A stretch of 64,000 nucleotides of DNA from Candidatus Bathyarchaeota archaeon (GCA_018396995.1 JAGTQB010000005.1:15198-79197); one strand, 5' to 3'. Positions 23,928-33,545 are shown, counted from the first letter of the stretch. Made by a program: numbers and translations. The notes: a model not told the origin generated them from the letters alone.

Positions 23928-24590
23928 TTACTTATTTTTGCTAGCACGCTTAAATATAATTTTGTAGCCTCCCTCTAACAAAAGATTTTCCCAGTCGATT
24001 TTAAGTATCGCTATAACTATTGCTATTAGAAGGATGCCCGTCACAGCCATCAGAAGTAAATCCCCTTCCTCTCCGACAATAAACCATTCTATAACCTCTT
24101 TTAAGAATCTTCCGCCATAGGCTAGAATAAAGCACATACCAATCTTCCCGAGGGCGCATGGCAAAAAAACTTTTATGAGTGGCAGACGCATGATGCCGAG
24201 AGGTATTATAAGAAGGTCGTCAGGCAATGGTGTTAGTGCGAAGATAAAGACTGCTATCGCCCCGTACTTCATAAAGATCTTTACGATAGGCTCCATTTTC
24301 CTTCTTCTCTCCTCACTTATAAGAGAACCCCCATAATATCCAATTACATAGCCCAATATCTCGCCGAGAGCTGACCCCACTCCAGCGGATAGTGCCAAGA
24401 GGTTTGGTTCAAACCATCCACCCATCATAAATATCACCGCAGCATAAGGTATAGGGAGAATTATGGATAGAGATCCAAGGAAGCTGACGAGTAGTATCCC
24501 AAGGTAACCGTATTTTAAGGCTATATCTCTCAGCCAGGAAGCTATCTGAGAAAACGGAATACTTTCTAAGAGGGTTTCAATAGTTTCCAT
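23928..24590 (-). CDS. DedA / VTT (SNARE-associated) family membrane protein
   Basis: GYLGILLVSFLGSLSIILPIPY..., GSALGEILGYVIGYYGG and LTPLPDDLLIIPLGIM match the DedA pattern. Confidence 0.8.
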   Translation of the reverse strand: METIETLLESIPFSQIASWLRDIALKYGYLGILLVSFLGSLSIILPIPYAAVIFMMGGWFEPNLLALSAGVGSALGEILGYVIGYYGGSLISEERRRKMEPIVKIFMKYGAIAVFIFALTPLPDDLLIIPLGIMRLPLIKVFLPCALGKIGMCFILAYGGRFLKEVIEWFIVGEEGDLLLMAVTGILLIAIVIAILKIDWENLLLEGGYKIIFKRASKNK

Positions 24591-24649
24591 TTGTATCTCA
24601 AACCACGGCCAGCTATTAAATATTGCCCTCAGAAGTTTTAAATGCGCGG

Positions 24650-24667
24650 TTTTCTATAAATAATTTT
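24650..24667 (+). promoter_or_regulatory. TATA-box-like element upstream of polB
   Basis: TTTTCTATAAATAATTTT is centred about 22 nt upstream of ATG 24679, which is consistent with a leaderless or short-leader archaeal promoter. Confidence 0.3.
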
Positions 24668-24678
24668 TGTAGATTAAA

Positions 24679-27375
24679 ATGCGGCAGAAAACATTGGAAG
24701 AGTTCTGTGGGCTGATTAAGCCCCCTAAGAATAATGCTTTAAGGACAGGGGAGAGCGCTAGTGGTGATGAGGCTTCTGAGACGGGTGGGAGCGAGCTTCC
24801 TGCCGCTAAGCCTGATGAAGCAATAGATGTTGCGCCAAGTAATCTCCCACCGTCCTACATTGTATCCGTAGGATATAGCGGCTCTAAGGGTGTTGCCTAT
24901 GTGAAATTATATGAGCCAGTTTCACAGCGCATCTACCTATGGTATGATAACACCGGTCATAAACCATACCTCCTCACAAATGTCCCACCGGAGACTCTAG
25001 AGAAAATTGACAGAGTTGTTTATCATCCAGGCTTTGACCACATTGAGGTTGTTGAGAAATACGATGCCCTCCTCGATCAAACGATAAAAGTTACGAAGGT
25101 TGTTGCTAAGGACCCGCTGGCGATAGGTGGGCGGCCTAGGGGCTGTTTAAGAGATATTATTCCCGAAGAGCTCTCAGTGACGTTTGGGGATAGTGGGGTT
25201 AAGGTTTGGGAGTCAGCCATCAAATATCACCAGTGCTACATTTATGACAAGGGTTTGCAGCCAGGCATGCCATATATAATCAGGAATGGCGAGTTAATAT
25301 CGTATCTCGATGAAACAGCTAAAAGAAATGTTGCAAGGGTTCTCGAGTTCCTCTCAAAGGATACCCCTAAGGACTTCTTACCGTATCTTGAAATGTGGGC
25401 TAGGCTACTGGAGTATCCAGCTCCGAAGATGCGCCGAGTGGCCCTTGATATAGAAGTTTACTCCCCCATTGCAACTAGGGTTCCAGATCCTGAGGAAGCC
25501 TCTCAGCCAGTAATATGCGCCTCACTAGTCTCTTCTGATGGGGTTAAGCGTGTTCTATTGCTTAAGCGTGAGGGTGTTGAGGAGGGTGACTTAAATTTAC
25601 CGCCTGACGTAATAGTCGAGTTCTATAATTCTGATAGGGATCTGCTCCGCTCCATCTTTAGTGTTCTGGACGAGTATCCATTTGTCATAACGTTTAATGG
25701 AGATGACTTTGACTTAAACTATCTATATCATAGGGCTAAGAATCTGGGCTTCTCAAAAAAGGATGTTCCAATAGAAAGGAGAGAAAAGATATGTTCGCTG
25801 AGGTACGGTGTGCACATAGATCTTTACAGGTTCTTTCTCAACAGATCGATTCAGATTTACGCTTTTGGACAGAAGTATCGAAACGTAACTCTAGACGAAG
25901 TTGCTAAGGCCCTTCTAGGGAAGTCAAAGCTCGTCTTAACAAAGCCTGTGTCAGAGCTCTCTTATGGGGAGCTAGCCCGCTACTGCCTAAATGATGCCGA
26001 GATAACCCTGGAATTAACCTCCTATAATGATGACCTGGTAATGAAGCTCCTACTTATTCTGACTAGGATAAGTAGGATGCCAATGGAAGATGTTAGTAGG
26101 CAGGGTGTCTCAAAGTGGATTCGTAGCTTCATGTATTATGAGCACCGAAGAAGGAATATGTTAATACCCAATAGTGAGGACATAATCGCTGCTAGGGGGA
26201 CAACTGTAACAAAGGCGATAATTAAGGGCAAAAAGTACATGGGTGCCATAGTCGTTAAACCAGTTCCAGGAGTACACTTTAATGTAGCCGTAATGGACTT
26301 CCAAAGCCTATATCCATCTATAATCAAGGTTTATAATCTTGGCTATCAGACTGTTAGGTGCGTCCACGAGGAATGTAGGGATAATCTTGTCCCAGAGACG
26401 CCCCATTGGATCTGCAAGAAACATAAATCCCTTGAAAGCATGCTAATAGGCTCCCTTAGGGATCTTAGGGTCAAGTGGTATAAACCTAAGTCTAAGGATA
26501 AAACCCTTCCAGATGAGCAGAGAGAATGGTACAATGTCATACAGAGCGCACTTAAAGTAATATTAAATGCCTCTTACGGGGTCTTCGGTGCAGAAATATT
26601 TGACTTATATTGCCCACCAGCGGCTGAGGCTATAGCGGCAATAGGGAGAAATATAATAACGCTTACCATAAATAAGGCGCGTGAACTCGGCATTGAAGTG
26701 ATCTACGGCGACACGGATAGTCTCTTCCTAAAAAATCCATCCTCTGAAAAAATTAGGGAGCTTTCTGACTGGGCGGAGAAGACCCTGGGCATGGAGTTAG
26801 ACGTAGATAAATATTACCGTTATGTAGTCTTCAGCTACAGGAAGAAAAACTATCTTGGGGTCCTGGATGATGGGAGTGTAGACGTTAAGGGTCTCACTGG
26901 GAAGAAGAGGCACATACCTCCCTTCATAAAGAGGTACTTTGATGCAATTGAGGACATATTAAGCCGCGTTAAGACACCCAGCGAATTCGAGAGGGCGAAG
27001 AGGGATATTGAGCGCACAATACGTGAATGCTACATGAAGCTGAAGAATAGAGAGTGGGAGGATATGAACGACCTCGCCTTTGAAGTCGTCCTTGGAAAAC
27101 CTCCGGAAGCCTACATAAAGACAACACCACAACATGTTAAGGCAGCGCTCATGCTACAGGCTAGGGGAATAGAGTTGAAGGCCGGAGACACGATAAGGTT
27201 CGTGAAGACCATTAAAGAGCCATTCGTTAAACCAGTTCAGCTGGCAACGTCTAAGGAGATAGACGTCGATAAATACATTAACTACCTTAGATCAACCTTT
27301 GATCAGATACTTGATGCATTAAACCTAGAATTTGATGAAATAGTTGGGTTAACAAGGCTTGAGTACTTCATATAA
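24679..27375 (+). CDS. polB: Family B DNA polymerase
   Basis: Exo motifs VALDIEV, FNGDDFDLNYL and YCLNDAEIT. Pol motifs DFQSLYPSII, KVILNASYGVFG and YGDTDSLF. Confidence 0.95.
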   Translation: MRQKTLEEFCGLIKPPKNNALRTGESASGDEASETGGSELPAAKPDEAIDVAPSNLPPSYIVSVGYSGSKGVAYVKLYEPVSQRIYLWYDNTGHKPYLLTNVPPETLEKIDRVVYHPGFDHIEVVEKYDALLDQTIKVTKVVAKDPLAIGGRPRGCLRDIIPEELSVTFGDSGVKVWESAIKYHQCYIYDKGLQPGMPYIIRNGELISYLDETAKRNVARVLEFLSKDTPKDFLPYLEMWARLLEYPAPKMRRVALDIEVYSPIATRVPDPEEASQPVICASLVSSDGVKRVLLLKREGVEEGDLNLPPDVIVEFYNSDRDLLRSIFSVLDEYPFVITFNGDDFDLNYLYHRAKNLGFSKKDVPIERREKICSLRYGVHIDLYRFFLNRSIQIYAFGQKYRNVTLDEVAKALLGKSKLVLTKPVSELSYGELARYCLNDAEITLELTSYNDDLVMKLLLILTRISRMPMEDVSRQGVSKWIRSFMYYEHRRRNMLIPNSEDIIAARGTTVTKAIIKGKKYMGAIVVKPVPGVHFNVAVMDFQSLYPSIIKVYNLGYQTVRCVHEECRDNLVPETPHWICKKHKSLESMLIGSLRDLRVKWYKPKSKDKTLPDEQREWYNVIQSALKVILNASYGVFGAEIFDLYCPPAAEAIAAIGRNIITLTINKARELGIEVIYGDTDSLFLKNPSSEKIRELSDWAEKTLGMELDVDKYYRYVVFSYRKKNYLGVLDDGSVDVKGLTGKKRHIPPFIKRYFDAIEDILSRVKTPSEFERAKRDIERTIRECYMKLKNREWEDMNDLAFEVVLGKPPEAYIKTTPQHVKAALMLQARGIELKAGDTIRFVKTIKEPFVKPVQLATSKEIDVDKYINYLRSTFDQILDALNLEFDEIVGLTRLEYFI

Positions 27376-27929
27376 ATTGTCGTGGGCTTGCACTTAAAGT
27401 GCCTAACCTATTAGAGCCTAAGGGCTCTAATAGGTTGACGACTCGTTTAAAGGGTATGAGGACATTCTGCTCATTTATTATTATCTCTCCAATCTTCAGC
27501 TCTCCGCGCTTCCATGAGTCAACAAACTTCCTTTGATAGCTTCCATAGATGAACCTTAAATGAACAAATTTTCTGGGCTTAACTGAAATCCTTAAAGTTT
27601 CACCGTCAAACTTATAGGCTAAGGGAGAGACCTTCACGAATAGCCTTTTTAACCTCTGGAACTTCTCCGCCCCTCTTTCTCCAAGTCTCAACGACACCAA
27701 TTGCCACTCTGTAAGCCGTAACGTAAAAGCTGGTTTGGTATAGATACTTACTTTTAAGCTCCATACACATGGCGTTATGGATTGATTTAAGCGATGTAGT
27801 TCTTAATTCTATAAGAAGCTTCTTTATACAAGCGTTAACGATTTCTCGATAATCGGAGAGCAACTTATCTATCTCGGCGCTTCTCTCATATTTGAAGGGA
27901 ACTGACTGCACAACCTCTAAGGACATCAA
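27368..27929 (-). pseudogene. TnpB relic (N-terminal third, frameshifted, truncated against the polB 3' end)
   Basis: Two overlapping ORFs: MMSLEVVQSVPFKYERSAEIDKLLSDYREIVN..., then ...YKFDGETLRISVKPRKFVHLRFIYGSYQRKFVDSWKRGELKIGEIIINEQNVLIPFK. Confidence 0.6.
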
Positions 27930-27953
27930 AAACTTTATCTAAGATAAAGTTTT
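27929..27953. repeat. Perfect 12-bp palindrome (AAAACTTTATCT a AGATAAAGTTTT)
   Basis: Read directly from the sequence. It abuts the 5' end of the TnpB relic, where IS200/IS605 elements carry subterminal hairpins. Confidence 0.6.
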
Positions 27954-28180
27954 ATAAAGATTTCAAAAACTTCGACAAAAAGAACGACTTATATTTAAAG
28001 ATGTCGAATCTTTCAACAGCCTTTTCTGTAAAAAATTGGTGTCGATGGATGAAATAATACATAAAATCCAAAAAATATTCATTTGGCGTAACTATCTTCA
28101 GAACTTCTGGAAATACATGAGACTATTAACAAACATTATAATTGCCTTGCCATCTCACTTTTAAGAAGTGAGGGGCCACT

Positions 28181-28561
28181 GTGGAAGGTGTTGATTTGTC
28201 TGAGCCCATAGGAAGAAAAACTGTAAAAAAGACTTTGGAGAGCTTAAAGGCTTATGTGAACCTCAAGTCAAACTTATTTAAGGCAGAGGAGAAATCGTTT
28301 CTTAAAATGTTGGAGGAAATTAAGAGGGACATTGACGAAACTGATAAAAGTAAAAAGGACTTTGACTTCATAAGTGTTGTTTTAGATTACAGTAATAGTG
28401 CCAGCGACTTGATTAGGGCTCTCCAGCTATATGTTGAGGCTCTTGAAGCATATGTGTCAGAGCTGGATGAAACATTCGATAGTCTCCTCGAAGATGCAAA
28501 AAAGATGTCGGAGCAAGCTGTGCGAGAGATTCCCCGTGATAAACTGCCATTTTATGGATAG
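28181..28561 (+). CDS. Hypothetical acidic helical protein
   Basis: 126-aa ORF in a segment that looks AT-rich. I recognise no motif. Confidence 0.35.
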   Translation: MEGVDLSEPIGRKTVKKTLESLKAYVNLKSNLFKAEEKSFLKMLEEIKRDIDETDKSKKDFDFISVVLDYSNSASDLIRALQLYVEALEAYVSELDETFDSLLEDAKKMSEQAVREIPRDKLPFYG

Positions 28562-28647
28562 ATTTTGCCTTAAGTTTATTAAAGTTAATGTGGCATTATA
28601 AAATATCTTCTAATAAGTGAGTCCAAGAGAGATTCCGTCGGAGATAG

Positions 28648-29349
28648 ATGTTAATGCCTCCTGATGTTAAGCTACCAATAATATTGGTGAATTTTAAGGC
28701 CTATGCAGAAGCTACTGGAGAGAATGCGATTAAGCTGGCTGAGATGGCTGAGGGAGTTAGCTCTGAGACCGGAGTATGCGTCGGTGTTGCCCCACAATTC
28801 GTCGATATACCAATAATTGCGAGAAAATTCAATGTGCCAGTTTTTGCCCAACATATAGATCCAATAAGTTTCGGGAGCTACACCGGCTATGTGCTGCCAG
28901 AATCAATTAAACAGGCTGGTGCCGTCGGCTCTCTTCTCAATCACTCAGAGAGGAAGCTTAGCCTAAACGATATAAGCGTTGCAATTGGGAGGGCCCGTGA
29001 GGTAGATTTAATATCCGTTGTCTGCTCGGAGAGCGTGGCTGCAAGCGCGGTTCTTGCGGCATTTAAACCGAACATGATTGCCATTGAGCCGCCGGAGCTT
29101 ATAGGTACTGGCATGTCGGTGTCGAAAACAAAGCCTGAGATTATTACAAGCGCCATTAAGACTATTAAGAGAATTAACCCTGAGGTCTCCGTCCTCTGTG
29201 GGGCTGGAATAACTAGCGGCAGCGACGTTCTAGCAGCCATGAAGCTTGGGGTGGAAGGTATCCTTGTTTCAAGCGGTGTAGTTAAGGCTAAAGATCCGTA
29301 TAAGGTTATGCTGGAATTCGCTGAGGCGATGCTCAAAGTTAAGAGTTAA
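28648..29349 (+). CDS. tpiA: Triosephosphate isomerase (short archaeal type)
   Basis: ILVNFKAY, LLNHSERK, IAIEPPELIGTG and CGAGI match archaeal TIM. Confidence 0.9.
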   Translation: MLMPPDVKLPIILVNFKAYAEATGENAIKLAEMAEGVSSETGVCVGVAPQFVDIPIIARKFNVPVFAQHIDPISFGSYTGYVLPESIKQAGAVGSLLNHSERKLSLNDISVAIGRAREVDLISVVCSESVAASAVLAAFKPNMIAIEPPELIGTGMSVSKTKPEIITSAIKTIKRINPEVSVLCGAGITSGSDVLAAMKLGVEGILVSSGVVKAKDPYKVMLEFAEAMLKVKS

Positions 29350-29398
29350 GGATAACCTTTTTATTAGATTCTCTTTTTAGGATTAGAGGTGTTTGTGA

Positions 29399-30283
29399 TT
29401 GAAGGTAGGCCCCGAATGCGCCCCCTGTCTCCTCCAGAGGGGCTACTTAGAGATTCTTGAGGCAACGGAAAACATGGAGTTAAGATTTATGGCGATAAGC
29501 CATCTTCTCAAAATGCTCGCCGAAAACTTCCATCCAAATGCTGTGCCAGCGGTCCTTGGCACTATGCGGGAGAGGATTATTAAGAATATTACCGGTAATA
29601 ATGATCCAATGGCTGAGAAGAAAATGTTAAGTAATATAGAAGCTATGAAGATCCTCCCATTTGCTGAGAAACTACTCTCTGAGGAGAAGTCCATCTATCA
29701 AAAGTTTAGGAAGGCATGTTTATGCGCCATTGTGGGTAACGCAATTGAGTTTGGTATCCCAGGATATACCTTCAACTTTAACGACTTATATAGGCTAATT
29801 GTTGAAGCAGAGCGCGATCTGGCAATAGATGACGTCTACATGGCATTCAAATACATTAAGAAGGGTGAGACAATACTCTATTTAGCGGATAATGCGGGTG
29901 AGCTGGCTCTTGATAAATTGTTCGCTAAGGAGCTTAAGGATCTCGGCTGCAGAGTTATAGTTGCAGTCAAAGAGAAGCCGTCTTGTAACGACGCAACTCT
30001 TGAGGACGCCCTATTCACCAAAATTAGTGATGTTGTGGACGAAGTCATCACTACAGGGAATGATGCAATGGGCCTCATTATATCAGAGTGTAGCAAAGAG
30101 TTTCTGGAGGCTTATAAAATGGCTAGTTTCGTCATCGCCAAAGGAATGGCCAACGCTGAGACAATAACTGAAATGGAGATAAGGGTGCCACACTTCCTCC
30201 TATTAAAAGCTAAGTGTGAAAACGTTGCCAGAAACCTCGGGGTTCCCAGAAGTAAGAATGTAGCCAAACTATTATATCCTTAA
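29399..30283 (+). CDS. DUF89 (ARMT1-like damage-control phosphatase) family protein
   Basis: CAPCLLQRG at the N-terminus, LADNAGELALD and IAKGMANAE match the DUF89 pattern. Confidence 0.75.
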   Translation: MKVGPECAPCLLQRGYLEILEATENMELRFMAISHLLKMLAENFHPNAVPAVLGTMRERIIKNITGNNDPMAEKKMLSNIEAMKILPFAEKLLSEEKSIYQKFRKACLCAIVGNAIEFGIPGYTFNFNDLYRLIVEAERDLAIDDVYMAFKYIKKGETILYLADNAGELALDKLFAKELKDLGCRVIVAVKEKPSCNDATLEDALFTKISDVVDEVITTGNDAMGLIISECSKEFLEAYKMASFVIAKGMANAETITEMEIRVPHFLLLKAKCENVARNLGVPRSKNVAKLLYP

Positions 30284-30299
30284 AAGAGTAGTGTAAGGG

Positions 30300-30917
30300 A
30301 TGTTAACTAAGCTAAAACCTGAATTCCAAAAGTTAATTACCTATTTGGCTCAAGCGTTCCACAAAATTGGCGTTAAACCAAACACGATAAGTTTTCTGGG
30401 GTTCATCTCAGGCGTCTTTTCTGGGATATTCTATTGGGTGGCTGGAACCTTATATGTTGATTTAAGCGCTTATAGAGTCTATATGAGCCTAGCTCTTCTC
30501 CTCTTAATGTTCTCCGGCTTCTGTGATGCTTTAGATGGCGCCTTGGCCAGAATTCATGGGGAAGCAACGGCATTTGGCGGTTTTCTAGACTCTATGATTG
30601 ACAGATATGTCGACTCAATAGTCCTTCTTGGCTTAATACTTGGCGGGCTATGTGATTTAATATGGGGGATACTGGCGTTAATAGGTTCACTGCTGACCAG
30701 TTATGCCAGGGCTAGAGCTGAGTCGGCTGGGATTACGATGGAGTCAGTCGGCCTTGTTGAAAGGGCCGAGAGAATTATAGTTATATCGATTTCATCTCTG
30801 GTAGAGATCGCCTTCACACCCTTATATGCACTGAGAGTTGGCATTATAGTCTTGGCTATAGCGTCAAACCTCACCGTTGTCCAGAGAATTCTCTACTTTT
30901 ATAGGAGGCGTCCCTAA
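30300..30917 (+). CDS. CDP-alcohol phosphatidyltransferase (archaetidylinositol-phosphate/archaetidylserine synthase-like)
   Basis: The signature DALDGALAR-x8-G-x3-D-x3-D is present (DALDGALARIHGEATAFGGFLDSMIDRYVD), and the protein is multi-TM. Confidence 0.85.
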   Translation: MLTKLKPEFQKLITYLAQAFHKIGVKPNTISFLGFISGVFSGIFYWVAGTLYVDLSAYRVYMSLALLLLMFSGFCDALDGALARIHGEATAFGGFLDSMIDRYVDSIVLLGLILGGLCDLIWGILALIGSLLTSYARARAESAGITMESVGLVERAERIIVISISSLVEIAFTPLYALRVGIIVLAIASNLTVVQRILYFYRRRP

Positions 30918-30947
30918 GAGAGGGGGAAGAATTAGTGCCCATTTTCA

Positions 30948-31235
30948 TTATTTTAATGGAACCTTTACTCTTCTTTCATCTCTAGATCTGATTCTAACTA
31001 AACCTCTAAAAATAGCGCAAGAAACGCAGTAGTAGAAGGTTTCAACCCTGCTCGATATATATGCGCCTTTCTGCTTAAGCTCCTTGGCTAAAGCTGGATC
31101 TACTACTGAGACCCGGCGTGTAACTTTCTTAGCTTTATCGCGTGGAACAATTTCACCGCAGCCACTGCACTGGACAACATCACCCTTACCTTTCTGACCC
31201 TTTGAGCGGCCCCTATTCTTACGCTTATATGGCAT
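30948..31235 (-). CDS. rps26e: 30S ribosomal protein eS26
   Basis: MPYKRKNRGRSKG...VQCSGCGEIVPRDKA...YYCVSCAIFRGLVRIRS matches the S26e pattern (YCVSCAIH in eukaryotes). Confidence 0.85.
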   Translation of the reverse strand: MPYKRKNRGRSKGQKGKGDVVQCSGCGEIVPRDKAKKVTRRVSVVDPALAKELKQKGAYISSRVETFYYCVSCAIFRGLVRIRSRDERRVKVPLK

Positions 31236-31418
31236 AATCAAACTCCCTTAACTTATCCCTTATACCGCCAATTATCTAGGGTATGAGACAAATACTTATA
31301 CCTTACGCCAACTTAAGAAATGTCTCCCTTAACCCCATAGCGTTCTTGTTTTTTAAAAATAAAAACTTAAATATTCATAAAAATTTAACATTTATTTTTT
31401 GTGGAGGAATGAACTTTT

Positions 31419-32699
31419 ATGAGGAAGGAGGTACTTGTTGCTTTACTAATAGTATTGTTTCTTGTGGGCTTGGGAGTGGGCTATGTCATAAACCTGATGA
31501 GCTCTCCGGGGAGAATTGAAAGAGAGGTTCCTGTGGGGTTAACTGGAGAAGTCAGGATAGGAGTTCTCGTGGATCTTAGCGGAGCGCTGACACGATACGG
31601 CGAGGATATATGGGCGGCTTACGAAATAGCCCAGGAAGACGTAAACAATTTCTTAGCTAAGGCGGGGGCAAAATGGAGGATTAAACTGATATGCGAGAAC
31701 TCGGAGTCCTCTCCAGAAGTAGCTCTAGCGAAGTTTGAGTCTTTCGTCGGGCAGGGGATTCGCATAGTGCTTGGCCCAATGATGAGTCCACAGTGTGCCT
31801 CAATTAAGCCATCCGCAGAGGCAAACAAGGTTCTCTTCATAAGCCCGTCGGCGACAGCTGTAACATTGAGTATTCCAGGCGACAACCTATTTAGGTTCTG
31901 TGCGATTGATGACCTGCAGGGCCCAGCTGCCGCCATAGCTATGTATTCCATTGGCATAAGATATGTTGTCAGCGTCTACATTTCTAATGAGTGGGGTGTG
32001 GGGCTGGATAAGGCTATGACTGAGAAGTTCGCTTCACTGGGCGGAACGGTGCTAGAGCACATACCATGGTCTCCTGACACCCTAGAGTTTTCCCCGGTTG
32101 TGGAGAGGGTTAATGATGCTGTTCAGAAGGCAAAAGCAAAGGGCATTCCACTAGAAAAGATAGGAATATATGCAGTCGCTTATGCCCAGATCCTTCCAAT
32201 CTTCGTGGCAGCCTCAAAGTATCCGGATCTTATGGAGGTCAGATGGTTTGGAACTGATGGAACTGTTATGCTCCCAGAGCTCGTGGACATTAAGGAGCAT
32301 CCAGTTGAAGTCGATTTTGCGCTGAAGACAAAGTTTACGAGCACCATGTTTAAAATCCCTGAAACAAAAACGTATCATTATTTGAAAGAAAGGATTGTTA
32401 AAAAATTGGGAAGGGAGCCGACCATCTACGCTTATTCGGCATACGACTCAGTGTGGGTTGTTGCGCTAGCCTTAGCTGTTGTGAACGAGTATGATGCTAT
32501 GAAGGTTAAGAATATATTGCCTCAGGTTGCCGGCAGCTATTATGGTGCCATCGGCAACATAGTCTTAAACGAGAACGGAGACCTCGCAATGGCCGACTAT
32601 AGCTTATGGAGGCCCGTTAAGGTTAATGGTGAGGTCGTCTGGAAGGAGGTTGGCGTGCAGTATTCCATGCTTGGTACAGTCGAATGGAAAGAAGACTAA
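31419..32699 (+). CDS. Branched-chain amino acid ABC transporter substrate-binding protein
   Basis: N-terminal TM/signal anchor and a type-1 periplasmic-binding-fold pattern. It is the first gene of a liv-like operon and is preceded by GGAGG. Confidence 0.8.
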   Translation: MRKEVLVALLIVLFLVGLGVGYVINLMSSPGRIEREVPVGLTGEVRIGVLVDLSGALTRYGEDIWAAYEIAQEDVNNFLAKAGAKWRIKLICENSESSPEVALAKFESFVGQGIRIVLGPMMSPQCASIKPSAEANKVLFISPSATAVTLSIPGDNLFRFCAIDDLQGPAAAIAMYSIGIRYVVSVYISNEWGVGLDKAMTEKFASLGGTVLEHIPWSPDTLEFSPVVERVNDAVQKAKAKGIPLEKIGIYAVAYAQILPIFVAASKYPDLMEVRWFGTDGTVMLPELVDIKEHPVEVDFALKTKFTSTMFKIPETKTYHYLKERIVKKLGREPTIYAYSAYDSVWVVALALAVVNEYDAMKVKNILPQVAGSYYGAIGNIVLNENGDLAMADYSLWRPVKVNGEVVWKEVGVQYSMLGTVEWKED

Positions 32700-32768
32700 A
32701 AAAGACTTTACCCAACAATAACCTTCTATAATATTTTTGTGTCCAATTTAGGGGCGGAAAGCAATAAT

Positions 32769-33545
32769 ATGGACAGTAACATCATCTTGAGGGCGAGAAA
32801 CCTCACGAAAAAATTTGGGACTCTCATAGCGGTCAATGATGTGAGTATGGAGGTTAAGAAAGGAGCCTTTGCAATACTCTTCGGCCCAAATGGGGCTGGA
32901 AAAACAACGTTAATTAATCTTATCACAGGTTATCTTAAGAAGGATCGGGGGGAAGTTTGGTTCGATGGAAAGGATATAACAAAGCTCTCTGCGGCTGAAA
33001 CCTTTAGGCTTGGGCTGGCGAGAAGCTTCCAGATACCAAAAATTTTTCCGCGTTTAACTGTGTTAGAGAATATATTAATGGCGACAAAGAATTTAGGCGA
33101 GAGCTTCATTAAGGCCCCTATAAAGTTTTCATGGAAAAATGTGGAGAAGGAGCATGTTGAGAGGGCCTTTAAGGTGCTTGAGACAATCGGCTTAGATGAT
33201 CAATGGGATAAACTGGCTGGCGAGCTAAGCGGCGGAGATATAAAGCTTCTGGAGGTTGGAAGGGCTTTGATGAGTAACGCTAAGATGCTCCTAATGGATG
33301 AGCCTATAGCCGGGGTCAATCCAGCCTTCTCCCATGTGATACTTGAGCGCTTAAGAAAGATTAAGGAAGCTCGTGACCTCACAATCTTAATAGTTGAGCA
33401 CCGGCTGGATATAGCGCTAAAGTATGTCGATTACGCTTATGTGATGGTGGATGGAAGAATAATTTCTGAAGGCGGGCCAAATGAGGTTATAAAAGCTCCA
33501 GAAGTAGTTGAGAGTTATCTTGGAGAGAAATATTATTTAGGGTGA
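32769..33545 (+). CDS. livG: ABC transporter ATP-binding protein (LivG-like)
   Basis: Walker A GPNGAGKTT, signature LSGGDIKLLEV and Walker B LLLMDEP. Confidence 0.9.
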   Translation: MDSNIILRARNLTKKFGTLIAVNDVSMEVKKGAFAILFGPNGAGKTTLINLITGYLKKDRGEVWFDGKDITKLSAAETFRLGLARSFQIPKIFPRLTVLENILMATKNLGESFIKAPIKFSWKNVEKEHVERAFKVLETIGLDDQWDKLAGELSGGDIKLLEVGRALMSNAKMLLMDEPIAGVNPAFSHVILERLRKIKEARDLTILIVEHRLDIALKYVDYAYVMVDGRIISEGGPNEVIKAPEVVESYLGEKYYLG

